A DNA stretch of 64,000 nucleotides, from assembly GCA_046330135.1 (NCBI GenBank), contig JAXLTI010000011.1:11848-75847 (forward strand). Reading direction: 5' to 3'. Below, piece after piece: positions 29,497-38,720 of the stretch. A program made the position numbers and the translations under genes. The notes beneath the pieces are model-generated. The model was not told where the DNA came from, did no database searches, and saw only the letters and a list, made by a program, of their open reading frames with translations. Every line of letters begins with the position of its first letter. Within the stretch, counting starts at the first letter, position 1. This stretch comes from a bacterium. Lineage in GTDB: Bacteria; ARS69.

Positions 29497-30042
29497 TCAC
29501 TTTGCCTTCTTCTTTCGCGCTTGCTTCGCGAGCTGTCTCAAGTAAGGACTCGTGCCCTTTCCCATGTGCCCACAAGCGGTACGTGCGAACACGCCGCGCG
29601 CTTTCGCCAACATCGCGTGGTCGTCGAGCACATCTGAAGAGAAATAGACACTGAGACTCTCCCGAGGTTCAAGCCGTCGCGGGAGTCTGCCTCGATCTTC
29701 CATGATCGGGTTCACCAAGAACGCGGCCGAGGCGTCTTTCGTCCCCTTGAGTAGAATCCCTGCGCCGCTGATCGTGACCGGGAATGTGCTGCGATTCACG
29801 ATGTCGATGCAGAGGGTCTCGTTACCGCCAAAGAATGAACCGCCCACGGAGAAGGCGTACTTGGGAGTCACCTTCAGCTTTACCCGATCCTGGTTGAAGG
29901 CGCGCCACGTGTTCATCACACCGAGGAACGCGCCAACCGCAGCGATGGCCAGCGTGATGATGTCGAGCGCTGTCACGCTGGGCGGGCTTGTCGCCTGCGT
30001 TGGCACCAGCACCAGCGGCTGTACATCGTCGATCCTTAGCAA
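29497..30042 (-). CDS. Hypothetical membrane protein (single N-terminal TM helix) within the island
   Basis: TM segment ALDIITLAIAAVGAFLGVM. No family recognised. Ends in a K-rich tail. Confidence 0.5.
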   Translation of the reverse strand: MLRIDDVQPLVLVPTQATSPPSVTALDIITLAIAAVGAFLGVMNTWRAFNQDRVKLKVTPKYAFSVGGSFFGGNETLCIDIVNRSTFPVTISGAGILLKGTKDASAAFLVNPIMEDRGRLPRRLEPRESLSVYFSSDVLDDHAMLAKARGVFARTACGHMGKGTSPYLRQLAKQARKKKAK

Positions 30043-30115
30043 GGAGGCATCCTCCGGAGAGGCCTAGGACCCCGCGCAACTATGAAGGCGAGATTTAGTC
30101 CAGCGCCGCCTTCCG

Positions 30116-30601
30116 TCAACCCTCAGTCGCTCCATCGCGGTAGCCATCGTCCCGTCCCGCGAGGTACGCCGCTTCGATCCGCGCCCGCTCGACCGAACCG
30201 GTCCTGTCGAGCGAGCTGGCCCTCCGCTCGAGCGCCGCGTCCCAGTCCTTGAGTTCCTCCAGCGTCTGCCGCGACAGCTTCATCGCCCGGTCGTCGACGA
30301 TCCACCGCAGGTAGGCGTTGCGCTGCGCGTCGTCGACGCCCGGCGGCCAGCCCTCGGGGCAAGCGACGCGCTCCGCCTCGAGCCGGCACTTGTCCGGGCG
30401 GCGCTCCCACCAGCAGACCTCTCGCGCGACTTCGACGATGCCCGGCGACTTCGAAAGCTGCGCGCGGTGCGCGGCGATCTCGCCGAGCGTCCGAGCCTGA
30501 GCGCAGCGCAGCACGAGGAGGTCCGAGGGCGGCTCGTCGGGCGCGGCGATGGGCGGCGCGTCCGCGGCGCGCGCCTTCTTGAACAACTCAAGGAAGTTCA
30601 C
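30116..30601 (-). CDS. Hypothetical protein (island cargo)
   Basis: 161-aa ORF. Stop/start overlaps the upstream gene (ATGA-type coupling at 30598-30601). Confidence 0.45.
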   Translation of the reverse strand: MNFLELFKKARAADAPPIAAPDEPPSDLLVLRCAQARTLGEIAAHRAQLSKSPGIVEVAREVCWWERRPDKCRLEAERVACPEGWPPGVDDAQRNAYLRWIVDDRAMKLSRQTLEELKDWDAALERRASSLDRTGSVERARIEAAYLAGRDDGYRDGATEG

Positions 30602-31365
30602 GCCGCCGCTCCCTTCCCCTCGGCAAGCGCCTTCGCCGTCGTGCTGGCGCGTGCCGCCGCGGAATCGCGCAGGCTCGCCATGACCTCGGTGTAGCGGGCC
30701 ACGAGCGTCGAGCCGCCGAACGCGACGCGCTCAATGACCTTTTCCACGCTCCGAAGCTGCTGGTACTCGTCGGGCGCCCACGCGGACGCGGCGCGCTCGC
30801 GGAGGACCTCGAGCTGCTCGGCCGTGAGTCCGGAGAGGTACGCGGGCCCGCCGTGGATGACGGCCGCGACGGTGGCGCGGTCCTTCGACTCGATCGCCGC
30901 GTCGACGAAGCGTACGCGCTCCGACGCCTTGAGCGCCTTGACGTAGCCGCGGACCTCCGCGCCCTGCGCGATGCCGACGGGCGTCTTGTGCTCGGGCAGC
31001 GAGAGCGCTTCGTTCACGCGTGCGGCGAGCGCGTCCCGAACGCGCGCCAGTTCCGCGGAGCGGCGGTCGATCGCGGACGTGGCGCGGGCGAGCGCCGCGT
31101 CGGCGGACTTCACGAACGCGTCGTTCCGCTCGCGCACCGGGAGGACGCGGCCGTTGCGCCGCTCGCGCCTCGTGCTGGTAGCTTCGAGTGCGCGCGTCGC
31201 GTCGTTCAGCGCCCCGATGGTCTCGTACGCCGTCGTGAGCGCTTCGCGCGCGGCGGCGATCGCCTGCTTGCCGAGCGGCCGGTCGTCGCGCTCGAGCACG
31301 GGCGCGTCGCCGGCGAGCGCCTCGGGATGCAGGGAGGGGCTGATGTCGGTTCGAATCGGGATCAC
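30598..31365 (-). CDS. Hypothetical coiled-coil protein
   Basis: GTG start at 31365 is preceded (on the minus strand) by AAGGAGG with 7-nt spacing. Ala/Arg-rich coiled-coil sequence. No domain recognised. Confidence 0.5.
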   Translation of the reverse strand: MIPIRTDISPSLHPEALAGDAPVLERDDRPLGKQAIAAAREALTTAYETIGALNDATRALEATSTRRERRNGRVLPVRERNDAFVKSADAALARATSAIDRRSAELARVRDALAARVNEALSLPEHKTPVGIAQGAEVRGYVKALKASERVRFVDAAIESKDRATVAAVIHGGPAYLSGLTAEQLEVLRERAASAWAPDEYQQLRSVEKVIERVAFGGSTLVARYTEVMASLRDSAAARASTTAKALAEGKGAAA

Positions 31366-31388
31366 GTCTTGCCTCCTTGGTTGGTGGG

Positions 31389-32753
31389 TCAGTACATGCC
31401 GACCGCGCGGCCGTTGGAGAACGCGCGGTTCGAATGGGCGTACATGCAGGCGTAGCGCGCCGCGTCGGCGCCGTGGTCGCAGCCGGAGGTGTCGCAGTCC
31501 TCCGGCCGGTGAGGGTCGCGAGAGATGAAGGGCACGGTCGACCAGAAGTAGCGGCACCTCGCGGTCGCGTAGAGGCCGGGTCGGCCGTTCTTCTCCTTCG
31601 CGTTGTGGAGCAGCTCGCGCATCTTCGCCCAGCCGGCGACGCGCTCCTTACGCGGCCGCACGAGCGCGAGCCCGTGCTCGCGGAGGATGCTCAAAAGGGT
31701 GTCGGTGAGGCCGGCCGCGTCGTCGCAGCAGCCCCTCGGGTGCACGCCCCATGCCGCGCATCGCTCCTTCACGGCCTCCGCGATCTTCGACGGCGGCCAG
31801 TGCAGGCCGACGCTCGGGTCGTCGTGGCTCGCGCTCGCGACCTCGTCGAGCAGGACGAGCGAGTCCTTCGCGAACCCGCCGACGTCGCCGGGCGCGCGGA
31901 GCACGACGTAGAAGACGCTCGGCGCCGCGCTGCCGTAGTCGCCGGCGACGAACGGCGCCCACCCACGGTCGACCGCGTGCGGCCACGCGGCGGGCAGCAT
32001 GTGCACGCGCTCGTCGAGGCAGTCCGCGAAGAACGCTCCGGCGCGGACGTTCCAGTCGCCCTTCTCCCACGCGCGCAGCAGCTCGGCGTCGTTCCCGCAC
32101 GCCGCCGCGAGCTGGCGCAGGTACGCCTCGCGGTCGACGTGCGCGTTGTCGTCGAGCGTGGACGGCGCGTAGATCCACGTCTCCCCGTCCACGTCGAAGG
32201 GCTCGAACGCGGGCGCGCGCGACACGTAGAGGCGGTGGAGGACCGTGTGGAGCGGACCGCCCGGGTTCGCGGAGACGATCGTCGGAGTGGGTTGGCCGTC
32301 CGGGGCGCGGAGGTTCGACTTGACCATCATCGCGCGCCGGAACTGCGCGGGGTTCAACGTGCCGGCGTCGTCGATCACCAGCATGGAGAACGTTCGGCCC
32401 TGGTACTTCGCGTACGCCGCCGGGTTCGACATCTCGCCGAGTTCGACGGTCGCGCCCGAGGGGAGCCGGAAGATTCGCTCCGCGCGGTTGTAGCGCGTGC
32501 CGGGGTAGATGCTCGACAACGTCCGCTCGAGTTCGTCGCCCATCTCGGTCGTCGCCTTGAACGTCGTGCGGATGACGAGCACGCGCGCGCGGGCTTGGTA
32601 CTGCTCCACGTGGCGGAGGATGAGGAGCTGCTCGGCCGTCGTCTTGCCGCCGCCGCGCCCGCCGCCCAGGAACTTGTTGACGGTCTCGCCGCTCGCGCCG
32701 CGCTCGGGCAGCGAGAGGACGACGTGCTGCCAGGGGGTCGGCGAGGGGATCAC
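31389..32753 (-). CDS. Phage terminase large subunit
   Basis: N-terminal Walker A GGGRGGGKTT. ATPase plus C-terminal RNase H-like nuclease layout (…VIDDAG…, acidic residues in the C-terminal half). 454 aa. Confidence 0.8.
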   Translation of the reverse strand: MIPSPTPWQHVVLSLPERGASGETVNKFLGGGRGGGKTTAEQLLILRHVEQYQARARVLVIRTTFKATTEMGDELERTLSSIYPGTRYNRAERIFRLPSGATVELGEMSNPAAYAKYQGRTFSMLVIDDAGTLNPAQFRRAMMVKSNLRAPDGQPTPTIVSANPGGPLHTVLHRLYVSRAPAFEPFDVDGETWIYAPSTLDDNAHVDREAYLRQLAAACGNDAELLRAWEKGDWNVRAGAFFADCLDERVHMLPAAWPHAVDRGWAPFVAGDYGSAAPSVFYVVLRAPGDVGGFAKDSLVLLDEVASASHDDPSVGLHWPPSKIAEAVKERCAAWGVHPRGCCDDAAGLTDTLLSILREHGLALVRPRKERVAGWAKMRELLHNAKEKNGRPGLYATARCRYFWSTVPFISRDPHRPEDCDTSGCDHGADAARYACMYAHSNRAFSNGRAVGMY

Positions 32754-33235
32754 TCACGCACCTCGCCTTCGCCTTCCTCGACGCGGTAGCTCGCGCTCAC
32801 GCGCCGGCGCATGTAGTCGTCGAACTCCAGCGCCGCCGGGAGAGTGATGGAAACGTTCGTGACCGAGCCCGACTCGCGCACCGGCTGGCCTTGGTCCCTC
32901 CAGTGCAGGCGCGTCTTCGCGAGGAAGAGCGCCGACACGCGGCAGCCCTTGCGCGCCCACGACAGCAGCAGGCCCGTCAGCTCGTCGGACAGCCGGCCGT
33001 GCCCTACCTCTAGCGCGGTCGCCACGCGGGGGTCCTCGCGCTTCGCGCGGCGGAAGGTCTTCGGCGAGAGGCCGAGCGCGGCCGCGATCGACGTCTCCGC
33101 GCGGCCGCCCGCGGCGAGCTGCTCGATGAGCGCGACGCCCGCGTCGAGCACGACGACCTCGCGCCCCTTGCCGCCCTGGACGGCGTGGCTGCGCTCGACG
33201 AGCGCGGGAAGTGCGGGATTCGCGTCCTCAGCCAT
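32750..33235 (-). CDS. Putative terminase small subunit / HTH DNA-binding protein
   Basis: Immediately upstream of TerL and overlapping it. HTH-like AALGLSPKTFRRAKRED. 161 aa. Confidence 0.5.
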   Translation of the reverse strand: MAEDANPALPALVERSHAVQGGKGREVVVLDAGVALIEQLAAGGRAETSIAAALGLSPKTFRRAKREDPRVATALEVGHGRLSDELTGLLLSWARKGCRVSALFLAKTRLHWRDQGQPVRESGSVTNVSITLPAALEFDDYMRRRVSASYRVEEGEGEVRE

Positions 33236-33422
33236 CGCGCCTCCCCGTCGCCGCCGGGGGCCTCTTGCGAGCCGTCTGGATGCCCTCTCGGATCGCGGCG
33301 TTCACGATCCGCGGCAGGTGGGCCCGGATGCGCGCGCGCAGCTCGGCGTCGCCCACCTCGTCGAGGTCGCGGTCCAGCTCGAGGAGGAACTGGTCCACGA
33401 GCGCGCGCGGAAGCTGGCTCAT
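33228..33422 (-). CDS. Small hypothetical protein (64 aa)
   Basis: Internal ATG of ORF 33228..33530, coupled to the upstream ORF stop. Confidence 0.3.
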   Translation of the reverse strand: MSQLPRALVDQFLLELDRDLDEVGDAELRARIRAHLPRIVNAAIREGIQTARKRPPAATGRRDG

Positions 33423-33730
33423 CGGGGGCCCTCGTCGCGCGCGGCCGCGACGGCTCGCCGCACCGCATCCCTCATGGTGCCGAGGTCGTCGGGGGGAACC
33501 CAGCGCCGCAGGAGCTTGTCCACGCGCCACAGCGCGGGCGTCTCCCGCAGGGGCGGCCCGTCGGCGAGGGCCGGGAGGGACAACTCGGCCTCGATCTGCT
33601 CGCGCTCGTCCTCCTGGATCGCCTCGACCATCGCCGCGGGCACGTCCACGAAGAACTCGGAGGTCGTCGGGTTCGCGCGGATCGCGTCTACGACCGCCGA
33701 TGGAACCAGCACTGCGAATTCACTGCGCAC
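33419..33730 (-). CDS. Small hypothetical protein (103 aa)
   Basis: Acidic small ORF in the gene-dense leftward operon. No similarity recognised. Confidence 0.35.
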   Translation of the reverse strand: MRSEFAVLVPSAVVDAIRANPTTSEFFVDVPAAMVEAIQEDEREQIEAELSLPALADGPPLRETPALWRVDKLLRRWVPPDDLGTMRDAVRRAVAAARDEGPR

Positions 33731-34204
33731 GGAGCCTCCCTTGGCACCGCCCTACGCGGCGCCGGGGTTGGGGTTGAGTGCCGCCTGACGGCGATTCCTT
33801 GGCCGCCCGTCGCGCCCCTTGGCGCTCGGGCCCCTGACGAGTAGTTCCCGGCCCTGCGCGCGGGCGCTCGGTGCGCTGCGCGCGCCCTCCGGCAGGAGTC
33901 GGAGGTGGGCCGGGGCTTTTTCGCGTGGGCGAGAGGGACGCGATCGCGTTACTTTGACCGCACCACCGTCAAATTCATCCTCGGCCAAAAGCGGTCTCGG
34001 TGGGCCGCCTGAACTCGGACGCCGCGGGCACGGCGCTTCGACTCTCCGAAGGGAGACCGGGGCGATGCGCTCGTTCTTTCGTCGCGAGCTGCGCCACCAT
34101 TGGCGGTTCTGGTTGATGGTGTCCTTGGCCACCGCCAGCCTGATCGTGCAGGCGACACACAAGTGACGGGCGGGCTCCCGGACGCGCACCGGGGGCCCGT
34201 ACTT

Positions 34205-34321
34205 CTTTCTGGTGTTCAAGGTGTTCAAGGTCTCTCTCCTTCTTACCTCTACCTCTTCCTCTATCCCTCCACCGCCCGGCGTTCGCTCAGGAGTACAAGA
34301 GACCTTGAACACCCTGAACAG
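34205..34321. repeat. Imperfect ~24-bp inverted repeat (GTGTTCAAGGTGTTCAAGGTCTCT / AGAGACCTTGAACACCCTGAACAG) flanking a ~60-nt CT-rich spacer. Candidate replication origin or regulatory element of the island.
   Basis: Read directly. Tandem GTGTTCAAG ×2 in the left arm. Pyrimidine tract CCTTCTTACCTCTACCTCTTCCTCTATCCCTCC. Lies in a ~600-bp non-coding gap next to the primase-helicase stop. Confidence 0.5.
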
Positions 34322-34328
34322 TTGACCC

Positions 34329-36530
34329 TCAATACGGGAGGTCATCGACCACCTCCCGAAGCCTGATTCCGTCGTAGCGCCACTCGCGCGCCCCGCCCCC
34401 GCCCGTGCGGTTCACGGCGCGCACGCCCCGCACCGCCGCGATGAGGTCGCGCCCGAAGACCGCCGCGGAGCGAGGGTGTTCGCCGACTTCCTCGCACCAC
34501 GTCCGGTACGCGCGGTACACGTCGCGCTTCGGAGCGTCGAATGCCCCGAGTTCGCACCGCTCGTCGACGAACACGCGCACCGGCGAGCCGAGGCGCTCTA
34601 GCGCCGCGACGGCGTCGCGCGCCGCCGCGGGCGGGTCGAAGTGGCCGCGCTCGTTCAGCCGGCGCCACCCCTCGATCGCCCACAAGAGGATCCCCGGCAG
34701 TTCCGCGAGCAAGGCGGACGTGAGGCCCGGGTCCTCTCGCCCGAGGAACGACTGCGACAGTTCCAGCGGCACGAACCGGGAGGCGAGCGCCGCGGAGGCG
34801 TCGGCGAGCCGCGGCAGTTCGTTCGTGAGAATCACGAAGCGCACGGCGAGGCGCCCGTGCCACGCGGAGGCGTACTTCCGGTCGACGGTGACCATGTCCT
34901 CGCCCGAAATCCGCAGGAGGTTCTCCGCGATCGCTGCTTGGTCCGTCCGCGAACCGATCCGCGCGTCGGACACGGTCGCGAGTTGCTTGCCGATGAGCGG
35001 GGCGAGGCCGAACCGGTCGCCGAGGACGTTCAGCGATGGAGCGCACACGTTCGGCCGCCCGACGAGTTCGGCGAGGACGCGCGCGATCGTCCCCTTGCCG
35101 CTGCGTCGCGGACCCACGAGCAGGAAGACCTTCTGCTGCGACGTGTTCGGCACGAGGAGGTACCCGAGGACCTCCTGGAGCGTCTCCTTCTCGCCACCGT
35201 CCGCCGGCCACAGTTCGCCGAGGAATCGGAGCCACCGCTCGGGGCGCGGCGCGCTCGCGTCGTAGTCGAACGACAGCGCGTTGCGCGTGAAGAGTCGCGG
35301 CGTGGACGGGAGGAGCCTGCCTGTTCGGAGGTGGAGGATCCCGTTGCGGCACGCGATCACCTCCGCGGCCGGCGGGTCGCCCGGCTGCGAAGCGAGCCAA
35401 CACGGCGGCTCATGCTTCGCGCCCGGCACGTGCGCCGCGCCCTTAAGCGCGTCAACCACGTCGCCGACGCGCCTCTGCGTCGGCCGGAAGGGCGACGGGG
35501 GCTCGTTCTTGCGGCCGACCTGGAGCGCCGCCGCGAGGAAGTCGTAGAGTTCCGCGCGGATGGTGCGTTCCTCGACCGGCGCGTATGCTGCGCCGTCGTA
35601 CGCGAGCCACTCATCGGTGTGGTGCATGAGCGTGGGCCGGCGCCGCGTCCCATATTCGTGCGCCGACTGGAGTGGGTCCGCGGGGTTGAGGAGGACGCGA
35701 CCCGCGGAATAGCGTCCGTACACTCCGCGGACGACCTCTTCGACGTCTTCCGCGGGCGAAGGCTCGTCCTGCTCGGCGTTCGTGCGCAGGATAGCGTCGA
35801 GCGCGGCCTCCAGCGACAACCCGCGTGCGCGGAAGCCGCCGGCGAGCGACGTGTAGGTGTTGTTGCGCGTCCCCCTCGGGACAACGAGGGGTGAGGAGCC
35901 GTTTGCGCTCGCGGCATCGGGCGAGCCGGCCCCTCCGGCGCTGTCCAGGCGCCTCCCCCGCAGCCCGTCGAGCAACCACTTCGGCGGCGGCGCGATCGCC
36001 GAGCCGAGCGGCACCTGCCACTCGTAGCGCTCGCCGCTGGCGTGCAGGCTCGGAGGGGCGACGACGAACCCGCCGTCGGCGCGGACGTCCAAACCAGGGC
36101 GAACGCCGACGGCGTTGCGCACGTCGGAGTCGGGGCGAACGAACACGAAGTGCCGCCCGCCCGACCCCGTCCGCGACCAGAGCGTCGCCGGCAGCGGGCC
36201 GTGCTCCCTTTCCAGCGCCGCGAGCGACTCGTCCCCGCCGTGCCGTGGGTCGACGTCCAAGACAACCACGCCGGAGGGCCTGCCGGTGGCGACGCCGAGG
36301 TTGGCGCTAGGCCATCGCGCCCACCACTCGCGGATCTTCTGATGGTCGGAAGTAGCGTCCTTCACGCCGCTCTTCGTGCGCGGATGTTTGCCCGCTCGCG
36401 CGCAGTCCGCCTTTCCGCACGTGCACGCGCCGTCGGCGATCGAGTGCAGGGGCAAGACGCTCCAACCCCGAGCGGCGAGGTCGAGTGAAGCGTCGAGCAT
36501 GACTGCGTTGGACGATGCCCTGTCGCTCAT
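34329..36530 (-). CDS. Bifunctional primase-polymerase (prim-pol) fused to a P4/D5-family helicase (replication protein of the element)
   Basis: Prim-pol block ...ANLGVATGRPSGVVVLDVDPRHGG...RTGSGGRHFVFVRP...DVRADGGFVVAPPS. Helicase Walker A LVGPRRSGKGT. ATGA overlap with alpA at 36527-36530. Confidence 0.8.
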   Translation of the reverse strand: MSDRASSNAVMLDASLDLAARGWSVLPLHSIADGACTCGKADCARAGKHPRTKSGVKDATSDHQKIREWWARWPSANLGVATGRPSGVVVLDVDPRHGGDESLAALEREHGPLPATLWSRTGSGGRHFVFVRPDSDVRNAVGVRPGLDVRADGGFVVAPPSLHASGERYEWQVPLGSAIAPPPKWLLDGLRGRRLDSAGGAGSPDAASANGSSPLVVPRGTRNNTYTSLAGGFRARGLSLEAALDAILRTNAEQDEPSPAEDVEEVVRGVYGRYSAGRVLLNPADPLQSAHEYGTRRRPTLMHHTDEWLAYDGAAYAPVEERTIRAELYDFLAAALQVGRKNEPPSPFRPTQRRVGDVVDALKGAAHVPGAKHEPPCWLASQPGDPPAAEVIACRNGILHLRTGRLLPSTPRLFTRNALSFDYDASAPRPERWLRFLGELWPADGGEKETLQEVLGYLLVPNTSQQKVFLLVGPRRSGKGTIARVLAELVGRPNVCAPSLNVLGDRFGLAPLIGKQLATVSDARIGSRTDQAAIAENLLRISGEDMVTVDRKYASAWHGRLAVRFVILTNELPRLADASAALASRFVPLELSQSFLGREDPGLTSALLAELPGILLWAIEGWRRLNERGHFDPPAAARDAVAALERLGSPVRVFVDERCELGAFDAPKRDVYRAYRTWCEEVGEHPRSAAVFGRDLIAAVRGVRAVNRTGGGGAREWRYDGIRLREVVDDLPY

Positions 36531-36790
36531 GCTCCGGTGCCTTCCATGAACTGCCGGAGCGACTTGATCGAGTAGCGCACCAAACGCCCGCACCGCGTCG
36601 GCTGGGGGCCGGTTCCCTTGCGCCTCCACTCTTCGAGGCACCGCGGCGTGACGCCGAGATACTGCGCCGCTTGGTGCGTGTTGAAGTACTCGGGGGGCGA
36701 GACGGCGTTGTCGCGCATGCCCTGGAGAACGAGGCGCGCGACCTCGGCGGCGAGGAGTTGGGTGTCGAGGGTGTTGGGGTCGTTCGTCAC
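36527..36790 (-). CDS. AlpA/excisionase-family HTH protein
   Basis: THQAAQYLGVTPRCLEEWRRKGTGPQPTRCGRLVRYSIKSLRQFM is the Xis/AlpA HTH_17 pattern. Confidence 0.7.
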   Translation of the reverse strand: MTNDPNTLDTQLLAAEVARLVLQGMRDNAVSPPEYFNTHQAAQYLGVTPRCLEEWRRKGTGPQPTRCGRLVRYSIKSLRQFMEGTGA

Positions 36791-37155
36791 GCCGCACCCC
36801 CGCGGTTGGAGGTGCCGACGCCGGAGAGGCCGGCGCCTGCTAGCTCAGGTTCGGCGGGTTCGCCGTCTCCGCCGTCTCCGCTCGACTCGTCGCCCGACTC
36901 GCCGTCGGCACTCCGTTCGGGCACGGCCGGTGCGTCGAGGACCGCGACCGGCGCCGAGTTCGCGACGGAGGCGCGGAGCGGATACCGCTCACGATGGAGC
37001 GCGCGCGCGAACCGCGCGGTCTCCTGGTCGCTCAAGTGGTTCCAGTAGCGGGTTTCTTGGACTCGGCGGGAGAGTGACACCCCGGCGAAGCTCTCGGTTC
37101 CTGCGCCTGCGGCGGCCCCGAAGTCGGGAATCGGGGGTTGCGGTCGGTGCTTCAA
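36787..37155 (-). CDS. Hypothetical acidic protein
   Basis: 122-aa ORF between the integrase and alpA, coupled to alpA. No domain recognised. Confidence 0.35.
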   Translation of the reverse strand: MKHRPQPPIPDFGAAAGAGTESFAGVSLSRRVQETRYWNHLSDQETARFARALHRERYPLRASVANSAPVAVLDAPAVPERSADGESGDESSGDGGDGEPAEPELAGAGLSGVGTSNRGGAA

Positions 37156-37268
37156 CTTCGCTTTCCTCCCAGTGGGTCAGGGTCCGGGAACGAAGCAACA
37201 AGAATACCACGCGGCAAGTGCAATTGTCAACCGAACCACGTAACACTGGAGCCCGCTTGGCGCGAGGG

Positions 37269-38540
37269 TCACGCTCCGTTCGTGAGCAACTCGACCATCC
37301 GCTTCGAAATCCGCTCCTGGCACTCGACGAGGTGGCCGAGGATCGCCGCCGGGTCGAGGTAGACGTCGTGCACCTCAGAACTCGCGTGGTTCAGGAGGAC
37401 GCGGCGGTCGTCCGGCCCCACGCCCGCAGCTTGCGCCACCCCGCGCCACGTCTTCCTGAGTTCGACGCCGAAGTGGAAGCGCGCGTCTTCGGGTCGCCGC
37501 TGCCTCTGTTGCGTGTTCCTGATGTGCCCCCGCGGCGATCTGCCGGGGAAGATCCACGTGCGCGCCTTGTCTGGGTACGCGATGCGTCCGGCCTCTTTCG
37601 CGCGTGCGAGGCACTCAAGCATCGGAGTCGAGAGCGCCAGGTCGAAGGCGCGCCGGGGGCCGCCCTTCGGATCCGGGAAGTGGAGCACGCGTCGCGACTC
37701 GTCGAGGTGCTCCCAGCGCGCGCGCTTGAGCGCGTCGGGGCGCGAGCCCGAGAGGAGCTGGAAGAGGTAGAACTCGCGGCGCACGGGATTCGGCAGGGCT
37801 TGGAGTTGCGCGTACCAGCGCGGGAATTCCTCCGGCCTCATCGCGCGCTTCTTCCCCTGGCGCTTCACGAAGTCGAGCGCGGTCGTCGGCTCCTGCGGCA
37901 GGTGCTCGCCCCCGTCCATCTTCCGGCGCGCGAACCGGTAGACGGCGCGGAAGTAGCGGAAGCAGTTGTCCGCCGCGACGGGTCCGCTCGTCTTCACCAT
38001 CTGCTCGTGCCGGTCGGCGACGCGCTCCTTGCCGATCGAGGCGAGCGGCAGGTCGAGCCACGCCGCGAGGTGCTTCTCGATGTCGTGCTGCATCGCTTCG
38101 ACCGTCCGTGGGCTGCGCTCGCGGCGCTCCACCTTGGGCTCGAGGTGAGAGGTGAGGTAGCGCTCCCACGCGGTCCGGAGCGTAATGACGCCGTTGCGCG
38201 CGTTGGCCGCGCCGTTGCCGTTGCTCGAGCTGCCGTTGGTCGCCGCGAGCCTCGCCGCCATTGGCTCCCCGAGCCACGCGCGCGCCTGCTGGCGCGCGTC
38301 GCGGCACGACAGCGCGTCGACTCGCCCGAACGTCTTGCGCTCGGTCCGAACGCGCTCCTTGCCGTCGCGCACGTCGCGCTGCGCCGACCAGGTCTTCGCG
38401 GTCTTCCCGACCACCAGCCGGAAGCCCGGGAGTTCCGTGTCGCGAACGACGTGTTGTCCTTGGAGCGTGAATTCGAGCTTGCGTGCCAGTGCGTCGGTGA
38501 GCTTAGCTCGCTTGGGCCACTCGACCGCGCTAGTCAGCAT
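37269..38540 (-). CDS. int: Tyrosine-type integrase (P4-like)
   Basis: N-terminal LTDALARKLEF...PGFRLVVGKTAKTWS arm-binding-like region. Core and catalytic domain (…ALRHTF…) with R…H..R…Y spacing. The start was moved to the internal ATG 38540. Confidence 0.8.
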   Translation of the reverse strand: MLTSAVEWPKRAKLTDALARKLEFTLQGQHVVRDTELPGFRLVVGKTAKTWSAQRDVRDGKERVRTERKTFGRVDALSCRDARQQARAWLGEPMAARLAATNGSSSNGNGAANARNGVITLRTAWERYLTSHLEPKVERRERSPRTVEAMQHDIEKHLAAWLDLPLASIGKERVADRHEQMVKTSGPVAADNCFRYFRAVYRFARRKMDGGEHLPQEPTTALDFVKRQGKKRAMRPEEFPRWYAQLQALPNPVRREFYLFQLLSGSRPDALKRARWEHLDESRRVLHFPDPKGGPRRAFDLALSTPMLECLARAKEAGRIAYPDKARTWIFPGRSPRGHIRNTQQRQRRPEDARFHFGVELRKTWRGVAQAAGVGPDDRRVLLNHASSEVHDVYLDPAAILGHLVECQERISKRMVELLTNGA

Positions 38541-38720
38541 GACGACCTCCCTCAAGGCGTAGGGCGACGTAGGGCGGCGAACTTGCGCCCGCGGTGGGGG
38601 CTGGTCAGAGATTCGGTCCCACACCCCGGGGCACTTGAGCCGCACTAAGCCGCGGGCTCTCTTGCAGATGCGGGGGTCGGTGGGAAGTGGTGTAAGCCAC
38701 GTGGGAGCAGTGGCTTGGAC

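Noticed and set aside
33752-34345. 197-aa minus ORF in the island's non-coding gap
   Set aside because: It covers the inverted-repeat / CT-rich region. The translation is low-complexity (R/P/G), and no RBS or coupling is present. The region is more likely regulatory or ori.
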